Source: Yuukianura sp. NJ FZ-2021
Lineage: Eukaryota
Direction of reading: 5' to 3'
DNA: 64,000 nucleotides
Assembly: GCA_046563655.1 (NCBI GenBank)
Contig: CM102283.1
Span: 3,968,001 to 4,032,000 of the forward strand
In this document: positions 9,801-19,805 of the stretch, piece after piece
Numbering within the stretch: the stretch's first letter is position 1
Layout of the letters: the number at the start of each line of letters is the position of its first letter
Position numbers and translations under genes: made by a program
Notes under the pieces: model-generated
The model's database searches: none
Seen by the model: only the letters and a program-made list of their open reading frames with translations
What the model was told of the DNA's origin: nothing

Positions 9801-11075
9801 CATGTTTTCCTGCACTCGTTTCTGCAAAGAACGTGTTGAAAGAGTCATCTTCTCCACCCAGAGTGTCGTCAGTTGGCATCATGCCATCAGGCTGGATTCC
9901 ATGCTCCAGGCAGTACAACTCCCAACAAGCATTTCCCATCTGCACTCCTAAATTCAGCATTCACTTTCAACTCAAATTTTAAATTTAAATTTTAGAAAAG
10001 TGGATGCTCACCAGCTTGTCCAATGTGGATGGACAGACATTCCCTCTGAACACAAAAAGAACGCTTTCAAATTCTCTGTAACTTCAATTTCAGCGTACTC
10101 TTGGACATCACAATTTCACAACTCACAAGTGAACCAAATATACAAAACGGCACCAGCACGACTAGTACTAAAAAAGCTGTAACAAGATTTTCCAAAAACT
10201 TTTGGCCGTATGACTTTAAGCAACTACAATTGAAAATTGGAAAATCTAAGTTTGATAAAATGATTAAATTTACTCTAGACTTCATGCCATAGTAGGCTTT
10301 GGGAGGTCGACTACTGAATCCACCTCCAAAGTTCATTTTAACCCTAACAACTAAAGCAACAGAGGAAGAGTGTGGAGGTCAAAGGTTAAATTTGGCCACT
10401 TTTAGTCTTGAATTGTGATTCGAGTGTGAATCGAAGGAAGACTGAGTTGGAGAAAAGTGAAAGTGGAAGAAAGTGGGAAGAGTTTTTGGGACGGAAGAAA
10501 ATGGCGGATTGAGTAGGTGGGAATTTGGAAATGATTGAAACACTAACACAACAAAAGAAACTAAAACACAACAAACAAGGCAAGGTTCCTAATCAAATGT
10601 AGTGAGAAAGTGAAGGAACTTTGCTCCTGGAAACTGTGTTGAAAGTGGAGAAAGCGACATGTGAGTAACATTGGAAAAAGGAAATGAATTTACGCTTTTG
10701 CCCCTCATGTTCCACAACCGAGTTCTTTAGTTCCCGACAAATATTTGACCCAAGGTCAATCTAAAATCCAGCGGAAATAAGTCTCCAGAGAGGTAATAAG
10801 TTATAGTCAATGTCCACAAAGAGAAATGTACTTAATAAAGTAATTAGGGTTAGCGGAAATAGGTCCTAGCCTTCTAATGCTTCCTCTCCAACTGTACAAC
10901 TTCTAATCCACTCTGCTGATCTGGAACAGGGGAATGGAAATGGAATAAAAGAAAGTCCACTAAAAAGTGAAAGGAGAAAGTAGTGGCCAGGTTTAAAAGT
11001 GGGCTAAATCCACCCACCTCCTCTACGCTTTTTCTACAAGTAAGTTTAACTAGGCCAAAACTAAAAGCTAACCAT
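6896..11075 (-). CDS. Divergent alpha-tubulin isotype (ATG exon at 11075-11073 tentative; firm from 10045)
   Basis: Exons 10045-10012, 9947-9759, 9403-9102, 9035-8929, 8868-8697, 7856-7768, 7456-7260, 7198-7046, 6987-6896. Motifs [57 protein letters not shown]. The frame is intact only with three GAG acceptors and one GC donor. Confidence 0.93.
7518..7706 (+). repeat. Degenerate pentamer satellite, (TTAGG)n grading into (ATAGG)n, inside a tubulin intron
   Basis: ttagg ttagg ttagg at 7525-7539, followed by atagg repeats interspersed with ataaa/ttagg variants. Confidence 0.9.
7908..8666 (+). repeat. 11-bp minisatellite (ACAATGTTGTG and variants), ~69 units, inside a tubulin intron
   Basis: Units acaatgttgtg / acaatgttggg / agaatgttgtg / aatatgttgtg / aatacgttgtg fill most of intron 8696-7857. 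Confidence 0.97.
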
Positions 11076-11671
11076 ATTTCTTAAGCTGCCTTCAAATGGA
11101 CTGGAGGAAACACTTAAAACAGAAGCGTTTTAGACACCGACACGCCACACACGGAGGAATTGGAGAGGGGGTGACGGATTCGGGGGTTGGAGCGGAGGTG
11201 GTGAATTGGTTAGTGATTGATGGATGTTTCGGTTGCGTAAAACTAAAAAGTAGGTGATTTTTTAGAAAGGAGTGGAGTGAATGTTGAAACTAAAATGGTG
11301 GAGCCTGCCACGAGGGACACGGTGGGTCAAGGAGTGGAAGTGCAGAGGCATTCCAGCACTCGATATTTGAGTGATTTCGTATTGATGAGCTAAGATCCAT
11401 AAGTTGGTTCCTCCGCCTTCTATCGAACGACACTTCAGTTTCCTAGCAACCATGGACTACACAATCCTAACAGACACAACTGTCTCTGTCTTATTAGGTT
11501 GGAAAAGCGATCCTGTTTCTCCCAGTCACTTCCATTTCTCCCGTCCCTGCTAATCATTCGCACAACTACTGCGCAAAGACAAAAAAAAACTTTCAGAGAT
11601 GAAAGTTTTGGCGTTAGGCTATAAGAATTTAAAAGAATCCACGACAGTTGAAGATGAGAGATTCTTTACTT

Positions 11672-13137
11672 TTATGTTTTAGACAAAGCACTTCCAGTTT
11701 CCAGCACTGGACTTGTGTTTGCTGACGGTTGTTGGTTGATGCTTGCGTACAGCCGCCCTGGCGGTCGCTTTGGTTTCAGTAGTTTCCTACAGTCTAGATT
11801 TCCAGACAGTTTCTGAACAAGTTCTTTTCTTAATCTTCCAGATGCTTGGCTCTTTTTCTTGATCTTCGTCTCAACTCCAGTTGAATCTGAACTGTGCTTC
11901 AGCTTCATGTGACTTTGTAGTCGATGCTTCGAAATCAACAGAATCATTTTAAGTTATTAGTCTAACAGAATATATAATTCCTTTACCTTGCTAGAAAAAC
12001 TTTTACTACAAACAGAGCAAGATGGACGAGGAAACTGATCTGCCTGATGAACACTTCGCATGTGGTGGCGTAGGTTTTTATCAAAGTAGTAAGATCTGGA
12101 AGTTGAAAAACTAGAAATAATTACTTCAAATACTGAATAGAGACAATTAAAAACTGACTTATCACATCCCGTATAAGGACACCGGAAAATAGTTCTGCCG
12201 GGTGAGTGGACTTGCAAGTGACAGTTGAAATTCCCCAAGTCTCTGAACGATTTTCCACAAGTAGAACAAGTCAATGCTAACAAACAAAGAATTAAACTTA
12301 AAATTCAATGTTGTAACGAAATCTACTTTACCTGCTGTTTGCTTCTGTTGATGTTCAACTGTAGCTTTATGTTTAATTAGAGACTCCAAGTTTTCAAATT
12401 CCATATCACACAATTTGCACTTTCTGGTAGATTTGAAAGTTTCAGACTGGTGACGAGCCTCGTGCTTTTTCAAGTCTGATTCACGTCGAAAGACTCTTGA
12501 GCAACTGGAACACCTACGGCAAAAGTAAACATGAGACAGACACAAAAGTATTTGATTTGATGCTGTTTTACGTGAAACTGTGAGTGGTCATGTGTTGTTG
12601 GAGTTTGGAAATGCTTGGGAATTGTAGATCACATTGTTCGCACTTCAACGTCCCTTGTGGTTTTAGTTTGTGACCAAAGTGAGCCCTTCGGAAGTGTTGG
12701 TGGAGACTTTGGTTTGAGTGGAAACTAGCCACGCAGTCCTCTGCTCCACATCTGCAATTAAAAAAAACGTTTAGGAATCGACTGAATGAATGGATATCCT
12801 ACAGATCAGTTTGTTTTACCTGAATAAGCCCTGTTCCTTCCCATGTGAGATGGAGGTGTGTCTGGTGAGATGTTGTCTGCGTGTATATGCTGCAGAACAT
12901 CCCTCTACTTCACACTTGAACGGTCTCTGCAATCATAATTAACAGAGTAATTAACACTTTAGTCCTCACGTGATTAACAATTACTTTTTTGCTTACCGTT
13001 CCTGCATGGAGGAGTTGGTGAGCCTGGAAATTGGTCAGTTTGTTGAAACGCTGTCCACAATTGGGGTGATTGCACTGGAGCAAACTATCTTGTCCAACTT
13101 CTTGACAACCAGCGTCGTTGTCAACTGTTCCTACCAT
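11672..13137 (-). CDS. GTF3A: Transcription factor IIIA (nine C2H2 zinc fingers)
   Basis: The spliced product has nine fingers (CNHPNC, CEVEGC, CGAEDC, CEQC, CSSC, CKLC, CSTC, CPYTGC, CSVC). C-x4-C in fingers 1-3 and 8, HSPGRTIFRCPYTGCDKSYYFDKNLRHH and a basic C-terminal tail fit TFIIIA. Confidence 0.75.
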
Positions 13138-13211
13138 TCCAAGTCACCATGCACACTTCCAACGGTGTTAATTAACTAATTAACAATCAAACTAAACGTA
13201 ATTATCGTAGA

Positions 13212-13308
13212 TATCGATATCGGAGGAGTTAACAATTTGTTTTCTTATTTCTTTCAATTTTAGGTTTTGAATTTATGAAAAGATTTCCCGGGGTTCTGTC
13301 TCAAGTTC
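13212..13308. promoter_or_regulatory. TFIIIA promoter: DRE element plus the TGTCTCAAGTTC composite motif
   Basis: Perfect DRE palindrome TATCGATA at 13212-13219; TTCCCGgggttcTGTCTCAAGTTC at 13285-13308; YY1/Pho-like ccATGGCGGC at ~13338. Confidence 0.6.
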
Positions 13309-14067
13309 ATGTGACAGAAGTGTCTAATTGTGAGATACCATGGCGGCAGTTTCTGTTGTGTTCAGCGGATTAGCCTCGGAAATGAGAATAATAAAAGTTG
13401 TGGAGGATTTCTTGTTACACTGGCGGTCCGCACCCGGGTCCCAAAATCACATAAATACTTCGGAAAAGTTAAATCCAACTCCTCAGAGGAGTAACCAGTT
13501 ACTCCTCTCCCCTTCATATAAAAGGGAACACAAACCAAATTCTTACATTCAGTACACAAAAGTTTCTCAACCTCTCTCTTCAACCAAAGTTAATAAGATG
13601 ACCCCAAAAGTTAATCAGTTACTTTTAGTTATTTAAATAATAAAATCCTAAGATAAAATCAGACAGAAGATGCTTTTAGTTTTTTTTAACCAATTCATAC
13701 ACGAAATGATCTGCTACTCTGCTCGGATGTAATTTTTTGTGTGATTTTGCCAAAAAGTCACCTTACATCGATGAGGTACAAGTTGACCTTGTCCACAACT
13801 AACAATTCAATTCCCTATACTCCAATGATTTCCAACCATTTCTATAAAATTCCCTATTAGCACTTTCATTTTCAACGATCTCCCATTTGAGACAATCCAG
13901 GTTGTTTTTAGTTTTCCCAAAACACAAACCTATCAGACAAATTATCAATTTAGACATTAGATTGGAAAGTGACGTGGAGTGCCGATATGGCGAGTTTGGG
14001 GTATAGATAACCGAAATTTCAAAAATTGACTCATCAGCCTAGTGTCACTTCCACAAAGTGCCTTGCA

Positions 14068-15370
14068 ATGAACATGTTCCAGTCAACAATCGTTGCATTT
14101 CTAATCCTACTTTTACTTTTTGTTTCCTTCAAATTATATTTAAAATTCTCAACCGTATTTTGCAAAAGTAGACGCCGATTAGATGGGTCCGTGGCAATCG
14201 TCACTGGATCCAACTCAGGTAAGCACAACTTTCATCAAAATTTTATAAACTGATTTCACTTTCTTCAAGAGATTTTTTGAAAAGCAGGGATTGGATTTGA
14301 AACTGCCAAGGATTTAGCACGTCGTGGAGCCAAAGTGATCCTAGCCTGTCGTGATGTTAAGAAAGCACAACTCGCTGCCGGTAGCAAAACTTTCTCCAAA
14401 ACTAAAAGTATTCTGTGCATAAAATTTCCTTTCTTTGAAGATGAAATTCGACGTGAGACGAGAAACCGTGCGGTGGCTGTGAAAAAACTGGACCTCAGTT
14501 CCATGGCGTCTGTTCGCTCTTTTTGTACTGAAATTTTGAAAGAAGAGAAGCGACTGGACATTTTAGTGAACAATGCTGGAGTGGCCTACACACAAAAAGT
14601 TACGACGGAAGATGGATTTGAAGGGCACTTTGCAACGAATCACTTGGGCCCATTCCTACTCACCAATCTACTACTAGGTAACAAAGTTTCATCCAAAATT
14701 CAAAATTTTTGAAAAGTACGATTTTTTTAAACTTCAGGCCTGATGATCAAGACTAAGAAGAGCAGAATTGTGAACCTCTCTTCACTAGTTCAAAGAAGTC
14801 CAAAGACTGTTGATTTTGAGAATTTGAATTCAGAAAAGGAGTATCATCCCAAACTGATTTATGGAAATACAAAGTTGTACAACGTTCTTTTCACAACTGA
14901 ACTGAGCAGACGCATTGAGGCAGCGGGACTGTTGAATTGCGTAACTGTTAACGCAGTGCATCCGGGAGTTGTGAAAACAGACATCTTCCGCCATGCCAAG
15001 AAAATCACAATGTACAGAATCCTCATCGGAATTATGGAGTCTTTCTTCATGGTAACTTTTCAATACTCAAATTTTAAATTGAAAAGCAATGGAAATTTTG
15101 ACTTTTGCCAATATTTAGACCGCGTTTGAAGGAGCACAAACCTCAATTTTCTTGGCAGTTTCAGAGGAAGTTGAGGGCATCAGTGGATTGTACTGGGCCC
15201 ATTGCAAGGTAAATTAAACACAACAAACACCAAACAACTCAATTTTCACAACTTCTGTATTTTAGAATGCAAAGATGAACAAACTGGCAGAAGATAAACA
15301 ACTGACACGAAAATTCTGGGACGCTAGTGCCAATTTTGTAAGACTTCAACCACAAGAATACCATTTGTAA
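14068..15370 (+). CDS. Retinol dehydrogenase 11/12/13/14-like SDR (paralog B)
   Basis: Exons 14068-14218, 14288-14380, 14441-14677, 14738-15051, 15119-15208, 15266-15370. TGSNSGIG, LVNNAG, catalytic YGNTK. Intron positions match paralog A. Confidence 0.93.
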
Positions 15371-15882
15371 AAAAAAAAAAGAAGAAAAAACAAAGAAGAA
15401 CACAAGAAAATAAATCCAACTGAAATTATAACATTTCAAAGTTGCATTTTGCAAAAAAGAAAAATTATCGTAAATTGTAGAGAAAGTTGAACTGAAACTT
15501 TGTTGGAAAAATGGGGAATCCTTTTGACGCCACTTGAAGTTCAAAATATTTTAGACCATGTACTTCATATGCTTTTTGTCTTGTGGCAAGCTTTTAATTT
15601 TTCAGGTAGCGTCAAAGGTATTCCTCATTTCAATTGAAATTCTTTTTTCCCATCGTTCTGATTTCAAAGATTTCCAACACCTATATGAGTATTGCAGTTT
15701 TGGAAGCGAGGAGAAACCAATAGAAACGGATTGAGGAATTAAAACCGAAGTAAACAATTCAAAATTTTCAACCGGCTCGGCTTTGGACTTTTGTGTTTTG
15801 AGTAATTTAGATTACTTTTTAGAAAATAAGATTTTTTAGACTTAGATTTTTGTAAACCATTACATTAGTATCGCTTGTGGCG

Positions 15883-17261
15883 ATGTCCATTAGTTCTTAT
15901 AGTGACTCTATCTCTTCATTTCGAAAACCTTTAGGCCACTTAATACCAAAATTCTCAGTGAGGAATTGCGTAACTGCAAAAGAGGATTCATCAGTGTCAA
16001 CTCGTGTCACGCTACTCAAGCCCACCAACCTCTCCAGCCAAATCCACTGGAGTGACTCTGACATCCCCACAACAGAACAAACCCACAAGGCAAAGCGAAA
16101 AGTAAAGCCCAATTCCACTATTTTCCTAAAAATCAATCTTCCAGAATCACTTTTTCAACCTTTTTACCAAAAATTCCAAATTTTTTTTAGTACTATCGAC
16201 ACAAGTCATCAAAGAATTCCAAGAAACTGGGCGATCGTGCCAGTGTTCCGGAAGACGCCTTTCGTCTCCCCAAAATTAGCCAGAGAAAGCAGAAAAGCAA
16301 AGGGACAAAATCAGTTACTTTCGCAAAACCGGTGTCAGTCCAGGGAATGCCCAAACCAAAGACTGCCGTGACCCCCACTTTGACCTCAACTTTCGACGAT
16401 TCCCGTGCCTACTCTTTCTACGTCGAAAACGAATACACTCGATTCACTTTGGAAATTCCAGAACCACCGCTCTCAGCATCAGCTTCTCCGCGTCGTGCGA
16501 CGAAGAAACAAGGCGTGTCTGCCATCCTGTCGCAGCGTCTGTTCCACCTCACGAAGCAACTGCGGAAATGTCACGTGGAGTACAACAACTTCCTGGAACT
16601 GGACGAGAGAGACACTTTCCTCACGAACGAGATTCTGCAGAGATATGTGATGGCCCTTGACCTCGCTCTCACAGAGGCCTACTTCGGCATTGCTCTGGAA
16701 ATTGTGTCCAAAATGTACGACTCCACGAAGCACATGATCCCCCTCTACGCAAACATCTTCTACGGAGTGGACGGGACGCATGCCCCTCTGCCCATCATGG
16801 TCACTGGAACCAATGACTTCTTAAAGTCCCTCACTCCCTTGATCTACGCCCTCAACAGAATCCCCTTCTCCAGCACCAGCCCAGACAAAAACGGACACTT
16901 ACGACTGGAGACTCATCTCATGAAGCTGCAACTAGAAGTGCTGGTGCTCGTCACTGCGCCTGTCCACTCGGCAGTGTTCAGAGCCACACTGGAAGTTGTT
17001 CCAAACACTGCGTTCACAGCCTACCAGCGTCTGGTGACGATGAACTTAGGACTGCTCAAGAGTAGTTTCCGGTGGGACAATGACTCTGTCATGAAGAAAG
17101 AGTATTCTGACATTCTGGAGAAGTTTGGCCTGGCAGATCAGTTGGGGTGCAAGGGGTCTCTGGCCACCATCAACCAAAACAACCAATCCAAATCCAGTCG
17201 TAGGGTCAACTGTGACTCGGAACTCGAAATGAGCGACGGAGAAAGCATCGACTTTCACTAA
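15883..17261 (+). CDS. Hypothetical protein (~429 aa), no recognised domain
   Basis: Exon 15883-16101 joins in phase 0 through GT-AG intron 16102-16190 to a 1071-nt open exon 16191-17261 with coding-like, C/G-ending codons. Basic low-complexity N-terminus, helical-looking C-terminal half. Start codon uncertain. Confidence 0.7.
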
Positions 17262-19046
17262 AACTCATTAACTTCCCACTACAACGTTTTCCAAAAATGA
17301 TTTTCATTAGCCAAAAACAGGCTCTTGATTCAATAAAACTAGCGACGAACTTATGGACCTAGTACCTGCTTGGCAAATAAGCTTTTGATTTATCTGTTTT
17401 TCTAAAACTCTATCTGGCGTCTTTTAACTTTCACGCCGGTTTCAGTTTTTCTGTTGGATTTTACTTGCTCTGTCACGAGAAAAGTCCAACGAACGAAAAC
17501 AGAAACGACCAAAATACGGGTAAATTTTAGAACTTTTAAAAAATGGAGGATGTTGAAGTTAAAAAATAGAAATCTAAAAAAGTTGAAGGAGTGGCGGAAC
17601 AAAAGGAAGAAGTTTGTATTGTTTGAGTGTGACAGTTGAGTGGTTGTTTTTAAATTGGAATTGAGTTTCAATTGTTTCAATTCTCTGCATGTGTCTTTGG
17701 AAATGGAAGAAGTGATCTTGGTTTTAATAATCCCAAGTGCAATTATTAGTTCATCTCCACAGCCACAAGGAACACAATGGGAAATAATTCCAATGTCCAG
17801 GAGCAATATGCTGCTCCTGGAAACAATGATAGGCGTCAAACCAATTCCCAACACACAGTGACTCAAAAACTAATTATAGTTTTCACACAAACAAATTTCA
17901 GTGGCGGCAAGAAACAAAACGAATCCTTCTTCCACATGCTGACAAATGACTTTTGTTTAAAAAAAAAGAGAGATGAGATTTTATGGTTGATTTGGTTTAA
18001 TGAGACGCTTACTCGTCTTCAAAATTAAAGAATCCAAAATGTAATTCACAGAATGGAACCAAGTTTTTAGACTTTGAACAATCCCGTGCTTTTCAATGTT
18101 CCTGATCTTGTTGAAAAGTTGGAACAATGAAGATGTTTTGTTGTCGCCTGTTGAACTTGTGAACAAAAGTGAATGAATTCAAAAGATCCAAAGTGAATTT
18201 CCAAAAACCAAAATCCAATTTCCATTACTCTCCAAAATTCCTTTTCACAATCTGCAACCTCATCCACCAAATTCAATTTACGTTTTTCCTCCAACCAAAA
18301 CTGCTTATAAAAATCGGGTTTTCAAAAAAAGCACATCCAGATCATCATGTAAAATGTCTGAACTTAATCCCAAATTGCTTCGCCCGTCGTTTTTTAAAAA
18401 GTGAAGTTAAAAAAGCGTTGAAATAATAACTTTATCATTTTTCGAAATTAAAAAAATACTTTCTGGAGTAGTAGTTGGTGATTATTTTTGTAATGACAAA
18501 AAGACATGTTGTTGATGCCGATGGCAGTGAAGAGACAGAGTGTAAGTTGTGATTGTTGTTTAATGAATGAGAGCGTTATGTTGTGTAATTGTAGTTTAAC
18601 ATTAGTCTAATCATTCCAATGATCACCCTCCAGTCACTAAAGTAGGAAATAGGAAGTGGTAATGGCCACATCATCGGCACTCTTATTACAGGTTCCAACC
18701 ACTTTAATTCACCCGAATTAGACGCCTCTGCTCTTTCTTACGACTGCTCAACTACTACGCCACCACACGCCCAGGGCTCAAATTCAACCCAAAACAGACA
18801 CTGGCAACACCAAAAAGCGAAAAAAAAATTTAAGAAACAACATAATACCTTCAAAAACTGCGAAAAATCTTTACAGAAACCTCAAAACTGATAAAAAAAA
18901 CACGAGAAAACCGAAAATACACGTCGCCTACAGAAAATTTTATCTAGGTTTAGTATACCCATTATACAAATTAGGACAAAATTTAGCCCGAATGGCATCG
19001 ATTTTAAACAAAATTTCAAAGATTTGAAAGCTTGAAATATTTTGGA

Positions 19047-19805
19047 TAGAGCATAGCTATTCGAATACGAATATTCGAATATTCGAATACGAATCCCTCT
19101 TTTTGGGAGCTTCGAAATTCGAATACCAGTTCGAGGTATTCGAATAATTCAGCGGAAATACAATCTGGAGGAGTGGTTTGAAATAATTTACTCATATGCA
19201 TTGTACTCGCACAGTTTACAATCTCTCTCACTCTGTTTTAAAGATTGCTGTGGGTTTGGATTACTTTTACGTAATTAAATTAACAATTGTAATTATAAAG
19301 ATAGATTGGGCGGCTCCATGCTATTGTTTTCAAAAGAATTGCTTTTTGCTTCTAAAACAGCTAAGTTTCTAAAAATTACTTCTAAAAACCCATCGTTTAA
19401 CATTATTAGAAACAAAATCTAGAAGCAACTCTCCTTTAGAAGCAATTCATTTTAGAACCAATGGCGTGCTTCCCAATCCCAGATGAGTAAAGAGCAACAG
19501 AATGCAAAGGTGGTGGAGTTAGGGTTTACCGATGTCCGAAGTAAAAGTTCTGACACTACATCAATTTGGCAGTGCCAAATTGATGTAGTGTCACTACTTT
19601 TTTCTGGAAGTCAAAGCTCATCATGCTAAATGTCAGAAGCACAGTTGTAACAAAGTTTTGAAAACACAGGGATCTACAACATGTCTGCATAGCCTCATTT
19701 GCATTTACACTGTAACTATCCGTAATTCGAATATTAATGTTTTACTATTCGAATAGATATTCGTTATTCGAATATTGGAAAGGGTATCCGAATATTTATG
19801 CTCTA
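19047..19805. mobile_element. Non-autonomous hAT-type DNA transposon (MITE), 759 bp
   Basis: TIRs tagagcatagctattcgaatac and (reverse complement) tagagcataaatattcggatac; perfect 8-bp TSD ATTTTGGA at 19039-19046 and 19806-19813; subterminal TATTCGAATA arrays at both ends; no transposase. Confidence 0.88.
19304..19478. mobile_element. Small degenerate fold-back element nested inside the hAT MITE
   Basis: Left end gattggg...catgctattgttttcaaaagaattgc resembles the reverse complement of the right end gattggg...cacgccattggttctaaaatgaattgc. Internal cttcta/tagaag motifs switch orientation at the midpoint. No clear TSD. Confidence 0.5.

Noticed and set aside
10490-11050. Possible plus-strand transcript antisense to tubulin intron 1 (YY1-like AAAATGGCGG at ~10498, donor-like GTGAGT at 10661)
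   Set aside because: Only isolated short motifs and no ORF; not supportable without RNA data.
13340-13636. 98-aa ORF MAAVSVVF
   Set aside because: No recognisable homology, and the start coincides with a YY1-like promoter motif; cannot be supported as coding without expression data.
15368-15380. A-run after the RDH-B stop as a retrocopy signature
   Set aside because: The gene retains all five introns.
19057-19146. GAAtaTTC runs as heat-shock elements
   Set aside because: Mostly two-unit matches with TTCGAA spacing that breaks the nGAAn phase; better explained as transposon subterminal repeats.
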